Assembly (NCBI GenBank): GCA_964414185.1 | Contig: CAYPVK010000007.1 | Location: forward strand, 8,366 to 72,365 | DNA length: 64,000 nucleotides | Reading direction: 5' to 3' | Source of the DNA: an uncultured Lactobacillales bacterium | GTDB lineage: Bacteria > Pseudomonadota > Alphaproteobacteria > CAAHEQ01 > UBA3637 | Part shown: piece after piece, positions 30,936-40,502 of the stretch | Layout of the letters: each line of letters begins with the position of its first letter | Position numbering within the stretch: the stretch's first letter is position 1 | Notes under the pieces: model-generated | The model's input: the letters and a program-made list of their open reading frames with translations, nothing else | Databases searched by the model: none | What the model was told of the DNA's origin: nothing | Program-made: the position numbers and the translations under genes

Positions 30936-31532
30936 TTATTCAAATACTTTTATTCGTTCTTTAAGCGGTTCATGCGATTTTTCATCCGCCGGCCGTACGA
31001 CGGCGCCGAAATTCATCTGGGCAATCAAACGCCAATTCTTCGGAATGTTAAAGGTCATCGCCGCCGATTTATCCACCAAAGGATTATAATGTTGCAAATT
31101 GGCACCCAATCCCAACTCGGTCAAACCCGCCCAAACCATATATTGCAAAATGGCATTATTATGCTCCGCCCATTGGGGAAATTTTTCTTTATAAGTCGGG
31201 AATTTTTCTTGCAAAGCGCGGGTTATGTCATCGTCTTCATAAAATAAAACGGTACCGATGCCTTGCATAAAAGAATTAATTTTTTCTTCGGTCGGTTTGA
31301 ACTTGTCGGGCGGTACGATTTTTCTTAACGAATCCATCGTTAAATTCCAAAACTTCTTTGAATTGTTCCCGAATAAAACGACAATGCGCGGCGATTGAGA
31401 ATTAAAGGCCGACGGGGCTTCGTAAACACACCGTTCAATAACGTTCATGATTTGTTTTTTCGAAACGGCCGTATTTGTATTTAGCGCGTAAACGGAACGT
31501 CGCTCTCTGATTAATTCCAAAAAATCTTTCAT
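30936..31532 (-). CDS. Nitroreductase family protein
   Basis: RRSVY, PSAFNSQ, GANLQHYNPL; start at ATG 31532 after AGGAGG. Confidence 0.9.
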   Translation of the reverse strand: MKDFLELIRERRSVYALNTNTAVSKKQIMNVIERCVYEAPSAFNSQSPRIVVLFGNNSKKFWNLTMDSLRKIVPPDKFKPTEEKINSFMQGIGTVLFYEDDDITRALQEKFPTYKEKFPQWAEHNNAILQYMVWAGLTELGLGANLQHYNPLVDKSAAMTFNIPKNWRLIAQMNFGAVVRPADEKSHEPLKERIKVFE

Positions 31533-31657
31533 GTTATTTCCTCCTAAAAATAACAATAAGACCGCCGATTAAAATAATCAATAAAATGCTTGATTATTTT
31601 AAAATTTTCTTTAAAATGGCGGGGAAAAATCAACCTAAAATTACGTAAAAGTCTGAC

Positions 31658-32179
31658 ATGCATCCGATTGAATTATTTAAATATTGTCCCAAATGCGGGT
31701 CGAATAAATTTTTTATTTCTTCCCCTATTTCCAAAAAATGCGAAACTTGCGGATTTGAATTTTTTAAAAATCCTACCATCGGCGTCGGCGCTTTGATTTT
31801 CGATAAACAAAACCGATTACTTGCCATTCGCCGTGCTAAAGATCCCGCTAAAGGAAGCTTGGCTTTTGTCGGCGGATTTGTCGATATCGGCGAAACGTTG
31901 GAGCAAGCCGTCATTCGTGAAGCGAAAGAAGAACTTGGCTTGGATATTATCCCCGAAAAATTAATCGCCGATTTCCCGAATTCATATATTTATCAAGGCA
32001 TGGACCAATATCCGTTGGATTTTTTCTTTTTATGCAAAGTAAAAGACGCTTCCGAATTGATATTGCAACAAAACGAAATTTCCGAAGCTTTATGGATTGA
32101 CAAAGACAAAATTAACATTGACGCGTTCGGATTGACCAGCAATCGTGCCGTTTTAAAAACATTATTGAATAAAGATTAA
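31658..32179 (+). CDS. NUDIX hydrolase with N-terminal zinc ribbon
   Basis: YCPKCG, C..CG, GGFVDIGETLEQAVIREAKEELG. Confidence 0.9.
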   Translation: MHPIELFKYCPKCGSNKFFISSPISKKCETCGFEFFKNPTIGVGALIFDKQNRLLAIRRAKDPAKGSLAFVGGFVDIGETLEQAVIREAKEELGLDIIPEKLIADFPNSYIYQGMDQYPLDFFFLCKVKDASELILQQNEISEALWIDKDKINIDAFGLTSNRAVLKTLLNKD

Positions 32180-32281
32180 AATTTTTGCGCATCCATTCAA
32201 CTTATGAACGTCATCGCTGGCGGCAAAATTATTTCACCACGATATCACAATACATGGTATTTATGAAAGCCATAAAAAATA

Positions 32282-32530
32282 TTATGCAATTTTGTCTTTC
32301 TTACCCGAACATTGGCTTGAACCGTCTTGTTTATCGGAACACGAACATTTTGTACCGGATTTGTGAACACCTTTTTCAGCGGCATGATTTTCATGGCAAC
32401 AACATGTCTTGTCATCATGCGTTTCACCGCAATGACACCCTTCATGGCATTGGCAATCTTTATCACAAGTACACTCATCTTTACAATCGCAAACTTCACA
32501 TCGACAATCCGAATTGGCACATTTGTTCAT
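32282..32530 (-). CDS. Cys/His-rich metallothionein-like protein
   Basis: 82 aa with 17 Cys and 6 His in CxC/CCC arrays; strong AAAGGAGG RBS. Confidence 0.65.
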   Translation of the reverse strand: MNKCANSDCRCEVCDCKDECTCDKDCQCHEGCHCGETHDDKTCCCHENHAAEKGVHKSGTKCSCSDKQDGSSQCSGKKDKIA

Positions 32531-32607
32531 TCAAAACCTCCTTTAAAAAAAATGTATTATACTTATTCGTATATATGGATGACAAGCTACTTTGTCAAGG
32601 CAACTAT

Positions 32608-32798
32608 TCATTGAAACAATGCCGGTGCCGCCTATTATGAAGCGAACACAACATCGGCTGAGAACATAACAATTTTAGGTCACAAGCAAATAAACACCAA
32701 TATGGCAATATATCCAGAACACACCTGAGAAAGTTGTGGAAGATTTGAAAAAAAGATTGGATTTTGAAGCCAAAAATTTTGCGAAAAGGGAAAAATAA
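32608..32798 (+). pseudogene. Tyrosine integrase C-terminal remnant
   Basis: Manual translation H*NNAGAAYYEANTTSAENITILGHKQINTNMAIY resembles box II (HxLR...LGH...Y); stops/frameshift; ends ~80 bp from the tRNA-Glu 3' end. Confidence 0.55.
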
Positions 32799-32878
32799 TC
32801 TTTAAGAATCAATGAGAACAAAACAAGAACATTTTTTGTAAAATATTAAAAAAAGCCTTGAATATCAAGGCTTTATAT

Positions 32879-32954
32879 TGGCGACCCCACGGGGATTCGA
32901 ACCCCGGTTACCGCCGTGAAAGGGCGATGTCCTAGGCCTCTAGACGATGGGGTC
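32879..32954 (-). tRNA. tRNA-Glu(TTC)
   Basis: Reverse complement GACCCCATCGTCTAGAGGCCTAGGACATCGCCCTTTCACGGCGG...GGTTCGAATCCCCGTGGGGTCGCCA. Confidence 0.96.
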
Positions 32955-33156
32955 ATCTGAGATCGATATGCTTATACCTTAAAATTTTATCTTTTGCAAG
33001 CATTTTTTTCATATTTTTTGATTTTTTTTCTAACCGGTTGAAAAATAAATCATCAATATGCATTCACTGAAAAACTTTATCGTTTAAACCCACTATAAAA
33101 AACTAAGCCCGACATTCGCTGCCGAGCTCAGCTCAATGAATTATAAATTCAAAAAA

Positions 33157-35514
33157 TCAAGCCCTTAATTCGGCACCTGTATTTTTGGCGACCAAATTAA
33201 TAATTTGAGTGGATAAAATCTCGATATCTTTATCCGTTAAAGTTTTATCGATAGGTTGAATATGCACTTTAACCGCCAATGATTTTTTACCGTCAGGCAA
33301 TTTATCGCCTTCATATACGTCAAAAACGCTGACATTCGTAATCAAATCCTTATTCACGCCCAAAATCGTCGAAATAATTTTTTCGGCATCCACGGATTTA
33401 TCCATGACAAATGCGAAATCGCGGCTGAGCGGCATTAAGTTAGATACCTTTAACGCTTTGCCCGATTTTGTTTTGTTTTTCGGCATCGGCACATTTGCCA
33501 TATACACTTCAAAGGCAACCACGGGCGTTTTGATATCAAAAGCCTTTAAAATCGCAGGATGAATTTCCCCGAAATGCGCCAAAACATTTTTGCCCAGACA
33601 CAAACTGCCCGACCGACCGGGATGATACCACTTGGGTGCTTTGCGGAACACTTGCGTTTTGGGGGCATCTATTGCTGCCAGCGCATCCAAAGCATCGGCT
33701 TTGGCATCAAACACATCCACACCGCGCGCATTTGTTGCCCAATGCTTCGGCATATAGGCCCCTGCCCTTATCCCGCAAGCCACCATTGCTTGGTCGCCCG
33801 GTTTATTTGAATAAAATTCGGGACCGACTTCAAATAATTGCACATCATTTATACCGCGGTCTTGATTACGCTTAACGGCAGACAACAAATTCGCAACCAA
33901 CGTCGGGCGCATTTCATCCAAATCCGACGCAATCGGATTAGCAATAATCACATGTTTATCCGTAAACAATGCGGCAATTTCGGAATCCATGAACGACCAC
34001 GTAATGGCTTGATTCAAACCACGGGCAGCCAACTCGCGGCGCACGGCCACTTCGCGTTTTTGATGAGGCAATAAAATGCTGACAGGCAATTCATCGGGGC
34101 GCATCGGAGCAACGGGCAAATCTTCCAACCCGTAAATGCGTACGATTTCTTCGACAACATCCGCATTGCCCGTTACGTCATGGACGCGCCAAGACGGTAC
34201 CATGATTTTATCTCCGTCAACCGTAAAGCCCAATTTTTGCAAGATTTCGACCATTTTATCGTGCGCAATATTCATGCCGACCAAACGTTTGACTTGATTA
34301 AAATCGAAATTGATTTCATGATGCCAATCGGGTTCGGCCCCCGCTATAACAAGTTCGGACGCTTCGCCACCGCAATATTCAAGTATCAAATCGGTTGCAT
34401 CTTGCATACCTTGCACGCAACTTGCGGGATCAATGCCGCGTTCAAAACGCGTTCTGGAATCCGATTCGGCATTGAGCAACCGCCCCGTTCTGGCGACGGA
34501 TAAGGGTTTGAAATATGCCGATTCCAAAAAGATATTGACGGTTTCCACAGAACACCCCGTTTCTTCGCCGCCCATAATACCGGCAATGCTTTGCGCGCCT
34601 TTGTCATCGGCAATAACGGTCATACCTTCTTGCAACGTATATTCTTTACCGTCCAAAGCGGATAACTTTTCACCTTCGTGCGCCGAACGCACCGTGATGT
34701 TGCCCGTCAATTTATCGGCATCAAATACATGCATCGGGCGGCAATCGCGAATATTTAAATAATTCGTCACGTCAACCAAAAACGAAATCGGACGCAACCC
34801 CGCAGAAATTAAAGCTTCTTTCATCCAATCCGGACTTTGCGTATTTTTAACGTTTTTAATATACCGTCCGACGAATTGAGAACAATTATCATCAGTAATC
34901 GTAACCGAAATCGGCGATTGATACGACCCTTTGATTTCGGTGGCATGTTCAGGCATATATGCCCCGATACCCGTTGCGGCCAAATCGCGTGCAATACCTT
35001 GGATACCGAAACAATCCCCGCGATTAGGCGTTACATTCACGTCCAAAATCACGTCCGACCCCAACACATCGGCAATCGGCGTACCTGCGGGCAAGTCGGT
35101 TTTGACGTCCATAATGCCTTCATGAGAATCGGAAATACCCAATTCTTTTTCCGAACACATCATGCCGCAACTTTCAACGCCGCGAATGACGCCTTTTTTC
35201 AACGCTTCGTTATACAGCGGGATAATTACCCCCTCATGCGCCAAAACGGATTTCATGCCGACATAACAATTCGGCGCGCCGCAAACGATTTGCAACATTT
35301 GTTTACCGTCCCACACGCCCAAGATATTTAACTTATCGGCGTTCGGGTGTTTTTCTTTGGTTTTGATTTCGCCGACGACAAAATCTTTCAAAGCCGTAGC
35401 ATTATCCATGATTTCTTCGACTTCTAATCCGATAGCCGTCAATTTATCGGCAATTTCTTTGGCCGACGCTGTTGTATCGATGAATTTTTTAAGCAAATTG
35501 ATTGAAACGCGCAT
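33157..35514 (-). CDS. pheT: Phenylalanine-tRNA ligase beta subunit
   Basis: HPNADKL, IVCGAPN, VTPNRGDC, RFERGID, C-terminal GAELR. Confidence 0.97.
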   Translation of the reverse strand: MRVSINLLKKFIDTTASAKEIADKLTAIGLEVEEIMDNATALKDFVVGEIKTKEKHPNADKLNILGVWDGKQMLQIVCGAPNCYVGMKSVLAHEGVIIPLYNEALKKGVIRGVESCGMMCSEKELGISDSHEGIMDVKTDLPAGTPIADVLGSDVILDVNVTPNRGDCFGIQGIARDLAATGIGAYMPEHATEIKGSYQSPISVTITDDNCSQFVGRYIKNVKNTQSPDWMKEALISAGLRPISFLVDVTNYLNIRDCRPMHVFDADKLTGNITVRSAHEGEKLSALDGKEYTLQEGMTVIADDKGAQSIAGIMGGEETGCSVETVNIFLESAYFKPLSVARTGRLLNAESDSRTRFERGIDPASCVQGMQDATDLILEYCGGEASELVIAGAEPDWHHEINFDFNQVKRLVGMNIAHDKMVEILQKLGFTVDGDKIMVPSWRVHDVTGNADVVEEIVRIYGLEDLPVAPMRPDELPVSILLPHQKREVAVRRELAARGLNQAITWSFMDSEIAALFTDKHVIIANPIASDLDEMRPTLVANLLSAVKRNQDRGINDVQLFEVGPEFYSNKPGDQAMVACGIRAGAYMPKHWATNARGVDVFDAKADALDALAAIDAPKTQVFRKAPKWYHPGRSGSLCLGKNVLAHFGEIHPAILKAFDIKTPVVAFEVYMANVPMPKNKTKSGKALKVSNLMPLSRDFAFVMDKSVDAEKIISTILGVNKDLITNVSVFDVYEGDKLPDGKKSLAVKVHIQPIDKTLTDKDIEILSTQIINLVAKNTGAELRA

Positions 35515-36605
35515 TATTTTTTCCCTCCCGCATTGAAACTTAAACCGCTTGTGATAGTCGGCACATCGTTCGGCAAAAATCCGTAATGTTTAATCCAACG
35601 CATATCCGCGTCAAAAAAGCTGCGCAAATCGGGAATACCGTATTTCAGCATGGCAAAACGGTCAACGCCGCAACCGAAAGCAAAACCTTGGTACACATCG
35701 GGGTCAAGCCCTGCGTTTTTAAGAACGTTCGGGTGCACCATGCCACAACCGAGCAATTCCATCCAACCGGCACCGGATTTGATTTTGAATTCGCCGTTTT
35801 TGCGTTCACACCCCAAATCGGCTTCATAAGACGGTTCGGTAAACGGGAAATAAGACGGGCGGAAACGCAACGCAATATCATCGGTTTCAAAGAAGAGTTT
35901 CATAAATTCGACCAACACCGTTTTTAAATTCGCCAAATTCGTGTGCGTGTCAACCACCAACCCTTCGATTTGGTGGAACATCGGCGTATGCGTCATATCA
36001 TAATCGCGGCGGTACACGCGTCCGGGAGCCACAATTTTAATCGGCAGCTTTTTATTTTCCATTGTACGGATTTGAACGCCCGACGTATGCGTGCGCAATA
36101 CTTTATCCAAATCGCCGTCCATAAAAAATGTTGCTTGCATTTGTCGGGCGGCATGGTCTTTCGGAATATTCAAAGCTTCAAAATTATGCCAATCGTCTTC
36201 GATATCGGGACCTTCGGCCAAATCAAAACCCATCTGGGCAAAAATGGTTAACATTTCTTCCATAACCTGAGACACGGGATGAATGCGCCCTGCATTTGTA
36301 TCGGGACGTACGGGCAAAGTCACATCCACGGTTTCGCTTACCAATTTTGCGTTGAGTTCGGCTGTTTCCAAAGCCTTTTTTTTAGCTTCGACAGCCGCTG
36401 CAATTTGTGTTTTAAAAATGTTGAGCAATTGCCCCGCCGATTTTTTTTCTTCAATCGGCAAAGTGCCCAAATCCTTCATCAACGCCGTTATGCGCCCGTT
36501 TTTGCCCAAAGCTTGCACGCGGGCTTCATCCAAAGCGGCCAATGTATCGGCCGTTTCGATTGCCCGAAGCAGCAAAGGCTTTAATTCATTGATTTTTTGT
36601 TGCAT
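35514..36605 (-). CDS. pheS: Phenylalanine-tRNA ligase alpha subunit
   Basis: LRTHTS, HTPMFHQIEGL, RPSYFPFTEPS, GFAFG; start at ATG 36605 after AAAGGA. Confidence 0.97.
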   Translation of the reverse strand: MQQKINELKPLLLRAIETADTLAALDEARVQALGKNGRITALMKDLGTLPIEEKKSAGQLLNIFKTQIAAAVEAKKKALETAELNAKLVSETVDVTLPVRPDTNAGRIHPVSQVMEEMLTIFAQMGFDLAEGPDIEDDWHNFEALNIPKDHAARQMQATFFMDGDLDKVLRTHTSGVQIRTMENKKLPIKIVAPGRVYRRDYDMTHTPMFHQIEGLVVDTHTNLANLKTVLVEFMKLFFETDDIALRFRPSYFPFTEPSYEADLGCERKNGEFKIKSGAGWMELLGCGMVHPNVLKNAGLDPDVYQGFAFGCGVDRFAMLKYGIPDLRSFFDADMRWIKHYGFLPNDVPTITSGLSFNAGGKK

Positions 36606-37165
36606 GTTTTTTCCTTTATGTCCGTTCGGCGGCGTTTTACAATACAATGCCGCACTTTGTTATCACAAATTGCCGTTATATTACCCCATTTCGGACATAA
36701 ATTTCAAGGAAAAAATTATTTTCCGCATGGCAGTTTCAATCGCCGCAAAATTAAAGGAACACAAAACAAAACATAAAGAAAATCACAATTGGCACGTCGG
36801 ATATGAAAGTTCTGCCGAAATTTTCAAACAATTCATCCGTTTACCATATGATATATGAAAAGAATCCAAGCTGTTATTCGGTTTTTGCACCATATGCGCC
36901 GCATTTATCGGCAACATCCCGCTAATGCCGAAAAACGAAATCAATACCCCTGCTCCCATTGAAATGCCGCAAACCGTTCGGACGGAAAATTCAAACAACG
37001 TTTTAAACAACACAAAAATATCCGAAACAGCTTACACCGAAAACAAAATTTCGGGAAAACAGATGATTTTCCCCGAACAATTCGTTACAAAAATACGGCA
37101 ATAAAAAAATACCCCCCTTATCGGGAGGTATTTTCTGTCCGGCAAAAAGCCGACACATATCAAGC

Positions 37166-37519
37166 TTACAAAGCAGCTTTTGCCTTTGATACCAAATCGG
37201 CAAACGTTGCCGCATCGTTCAAAGCCAAATCGGCCAAAATTTTGCGATCCAATGCAATACCGGCTTTATTCAAACCGTTCATGAATTGCGAATAAACCAT
37301 GCCGTTTGCACGAACGCCCGCGTTAATACGAACAATCCACAATTGGCGAATTTCCGTTTTTTTCTTGCGGCGGTCACGGTAAGCATATTGCAAACCTTTT
37401 TCAACTTTTTGCTTTGCGACTTTATAAACCTTGGAGTTGCGTCCACGGTAGCCTTTAGCAGCCTTTAAAACCTTATTGTGTTTTGCACGAACAGTCGTGC
37501 CGCGTTTGACTCTAGCCAT
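37166..37519 (-). CDS. rplT: 50S ribosomal protein L20
   Basis: [25 protein letters not shown]. Confidence 0.98.
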   Translation of the reverse strand: MARVKRGTTVRAKHNKVLKAAKGYRGRNSKVYKVAKQKVEKGLQYAYRDRRKKKTEIRQLWIVRINAGVRANGMVYSQFMNGLNKAGIALDRKILADLALNDAATFADLVSKAKAAL

Positions 37520-37530
37520 TTTTCTACTCC

Positions 37531-37725
37531 TTAACCGTGCATAAAGCGTTTAACAATTTGTGCATCACATTCGTTCATGATAGCGCCGCCTCTGGCTTGG
37601 CGTTTCATTTTTGGTGTTTTGCAGGCTAAACAGTGGCGTTTAAAGGCAGATGTTCTTTTGACTTTGCCCGTGGCCGTCAATTTAAAGCGTTTTTTAACAG
37701 CGCTTTTTGTTTTTAATTTAGGCAT
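37531..37725 (-). CDS. rpmI: 50S ribosomal protein L35
   Basis: [22 protein letters not shown]. Confidence 0.97.
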   Translation of the reverse strand: MPKLKTKSAVKKRFKLTATGKVKRTSAFKRHCLACKTPKMKRQARGGAIMNECDAQIVKRFMHG

Positions 37726-38070
37726 TTTCTTATTCCTTTATTTAAATAAGTTAATCATGACTTTAAGGCAGCCTTCAGCGGGTTTTCCCCATTAGCCTTT
37801 TCAGTCGACAGGCAGGTTTTATACAACGAAAATCGTTAAAAGTCAATATCTGTTCGGCATTTTTTTCAACTTTAAGGGAAAATAAAAAAATATTGTTGAA
37901 AAACAAAAAAATATTGCGAGTGGCAAAAAATAATTATATACTTTCGTCAAGGCTTGTTTTAAAGCGCGGGAAAATCCACGGGAAACGGCAAAAGATCCGA
38001 TATTTTTCCATGCTGCGCGCGAAACAGCGGAAAATAAAGCAGTGTATAACCTCAAAAAAAGGAGATAAAA

Positions 38071-38706
38071 ATGAATAAATATTTATTAACAATGGTTTGT
38101 GCTTGCGCTTTTGCGGTGTCGGGTTGTGCAACGAAAACGGCACCCGAAATGCCGGCTCCGATGAATGTTTATTTCGAACATGCTTCCGCAAAAATGAATG
38201 TGACGGATACAACGGCACTCAAAAATTATGTCACCGAAAACGAAAAATTCGTTAAATGCCCGAAATCCGTTGTTTTCGTGGGCGGGCATACCAATTCCAT
38301 CGGAACCGTAAAATACAACGACAAATTGTCTCAAAGACGTGCCGATGCCACCCGTACGGCGTTAATCAATGCCGGCGTCCCAAGTGATAAAATCCGTGTC
38401 AAAGCTTACGGTTCACGTGCACCGATTGCCGATAACAATACCGAAAACGGATTGAAGGTCAACCGTCGTGCCGAAATCGGATTTATGCCGGTTATCGCTG
38501 CGGGAGACACGGCTGCCACGGCAACGACAACCTCAGCGGCTGCGGCTACAGCAGCTCCGACAGCCGAAAAAACGGTAACGGAAAAGGCAACGGCCGAAAA
38601 AACAGCGGTTAAAACAACAGCTTTTTCAAACGGCAGTTCCGTTAAAAATACCGACGGGACAAAAACTTACACCAGAAAAAGACAATGCCGCAGATGTGGA
38701 AAATAA
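38071..38706 (+). CDS. OmpA/Pal-family peptidoglycan-binding lipoprotein with Ala/Thr-rich tail
   Basis: Lipobox VSGC, GHT..IG...YN.KLSQRRA, NRRAE. Confidence 0.85.
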   Translation: MNKYLLTMVCACAFAVSGCATKTAPEMPAPMNVYFEHASAKMNVTDTTALKNYVTENEKFVKCPKSVVFVGGHTNSIGTVKYNDKLSQRRADATRTALINAGVPSDKIRVKAYGSRAPIADNNTENGLKVNRRAEIGFMPVIAAGDTAATATTTSAAAATAAPTAEKTVTEKATAEKTAVKTTAFSNGSSVKNTDGTKTYTRKRQCRRCGK

Positions 38707-39290
38707 AATTGCCCGAAGTGATCGTCCCCTCCGACAAAGAGGGGAACGGTCGCATAATCTTGCGTATTCCCGATGCAACATTTGAAAACGCGCAAATCGT
38801 TTTTAACGCCGTCGTGGAAAATAAGGAAGAATTTCGAGAATGACTGCCTTTCCCGGATAAAACAAATCGGGTGGAAGACAGCTTTTCTTTTTTACAAAGC
38901 GTTCAAAAAGGTTTTGAACAAAATGAACGGGGCGAATATTTTGTTTTTGAAAAGGATACGGGCGATTTTTGCGGTATAGCCTGCATGTTTCACGAAAAAA
39001 GTGTTCATGATGATTATTGGAAAATCGGTTATTGGCAAATCAAAGAAAAATGCGGCAAAGGTTATATAATCGAAGCGGTACGCGCATTCGAAAATTTTTT
39101 GTTTGAAAACGGCGTCAACCGCATTGAAATTAAAAATGATACGCGCAATATTGCTTCGGCCAATATTCCGAAACGGTTGGGGTATCATTTGGACGGCGTG
39201 CTAAGGCAAACGGGATATGCGCCCTATTTCAATGATTGGCGAAATGTGAATGTGTGGTCGAAATTAAAATCCGAATATGAAAAAGAATAA
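38694..39290 (+). pseudogene. RimJ/RimL-family GNAT acetyltransferase interrupted by an in-frame TGA
   Basis: Frame open from ATG 38694 (KLPEVI..RIILRIP..ENKEEFRE*LPFPDKT) continues into IGYW, GKGY, N.AS..IPKRLGY; TGA at 38841-38843. Confidence 0.75.
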
Positions 39291-39451
39291 AAAAGTTGTG
39301 TTGCGGCGATTTTGACACTTTACATAATGTTTAAATTGAAGTAGAGTGCGTTCGGAATTGCCCTTCAAAACGAAATTTACCCGTATACGGTTTTGAAAAA
39401 TCGGTTGTTTGCGAATAAAGACGGTAATTCAAGCATAAAGGGAACAAAAAA

Positions 39452-40291
39452 ATGAGCAAAATTTTATGGCCTGCGGGCACTTTGTTGGGTCCTGTCCCAC
39501 CGGTAATGGTTTCTTGCGGAACAGTTGAAAATCCCAATGTTTTAACGGTAGCTTGGACGGGAATTATTAATTCCGATCCGGCGATGACATACGTGTCCAT
39601 ACGCCCGAGCCGCCATTCGCACGGTTTGATTGAACAATCAAAAGAATTCGTTATTAACTTGCCGACTTTAAAATTGGTTGAAATATGTGACAGCGTCGGC
39701 ATTAAATCCGGCGCAAAAATTGACAAGTTTAAAGAATACGGATTAACGGCATTGCCGTGTGAAGGCGTAAATGCGCCGCAAATTGCGCAATCTCCCGTTT
39801 CATTGGTATGCAAAGTCATTGATGTGCAGCATTTTCGGACCCATGACATGTTCTTGGCTGAAATCGTTAATGTGTATGTCGATGATGCCTATCTTGACGA
39901 AAACGGCAAGTTGTGTTTGGAAAAGGCCGGGTTATTGGCATATTTGCACGGTGCATATTATACTTTGGGACGGGAAATCGGCAAAATGGGTTTTTCCGTC
40001 AATAAAAAGGAAATCAAGAAAAAACAGGCTTTGAAATCCAAACGGGCGCAAGTGTTAAAATCTGAACAAGTGCAGACATCAAAATCTAAACGGGCGCAAG
40101 TATCGCAATCCGAACGGGCCGACGAAAATTTTCATACTCCGAAAGCAACTGCAAACAACAAAAAATCCGACAATGCAAAAAAAGTTAAATTTTCGGAAAG
40201 GAAAAAGATGGCTGTCGGTTTTCGCCGTTCCGAAAAGAAATCAACAAAACAATATAAGAGGGCATCATGGAAAAATCGGCAAACCGATTGA
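39452..40291 (+). CDS. Flavin reductase-like (flavoredoxin) protein with basic repetitive C-terminal tail
   Basis: PVPPVMVSCG, TVAWTG, EFVINLP, HDMFLAEI. Confidence 0.85.
   Translation: MSKILWPAGTLLGPVPPVMVSCGTVENPNVLTVAWTGIINSDPAMTYVSIRPSRHSHGLIEQSKEFVINLPTLKLVEICDSVGIKSGAKIDKFKEYGLTALPCEGVNAPQIAQSPVSLVCKVIDVQHFRTHDMFLAEIVNVYVDDAYLDENGKLCLEKAGLLAYLHGAYYTLGREIGKMGFSVNKKEIKKKQALKSKRAQVLKSEQVQTSKSKRAQVSQSERADENFHTPKATANNKKSDNAKKVKFSERKKMAVGFRRSEKKSTKQYKRASWKNRQTD
40020..40130 (+). repeat. Degenerate 24-bp (8-aa) coding tandem repeat, ~4 units
   Basis: KSKRAQVL/KSEQVQTS/KSKRAQVS/QSERADEN; AAATC(C/T)AAACGGGCGCAAGT occurs twice. Confidence 0.7.
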
Positions 40292-40470
40292 CCGAAATCG
40301 AAATACATTTGGCCAATCTCGAAAAAACGGTGGATGAAATGAATGACGAATTATTACGCCAATCAAAAATCATCGACACATTGGTTAAACAAAACAAAAT
40401 GCTGATTGAAGCGGTGAAGGACAATCCCGTAAAACCTTTGTCAGAAGAAACGCCGCCGCCGCATTATTAA
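40267..40470 (+). CDS. slyX: SlyX family protein
   Basis: RLTEIEIHLA..E..VDEMND, C-terminal ETPPPHY. Confidence 0.9.
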   Translation: MEKSANRLTEIEIHLANLEKTVDEMNDELLRQSKIIDTLVKQNKMLIEAVKDNPVKPLSEETPPPHY

Positions 40471-40502
40471 CGTAAAAAGCAAAATAAAGGTTAGGAGTCA
40501 AA

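Noticed and set aside
36620-37160. Gene between rplT and pheS (ORFs 36783-37013, 37003-37215)
   Set aside because: No RBS or recognisable motif; at most an eroded membrane-protein remnant
38841-38843. UGA-to-Trp genetic code reassignment
   Set aside because: TGA is the stop of intact genes here (11587-11589, pheT) and Trp is TGG elsewhere
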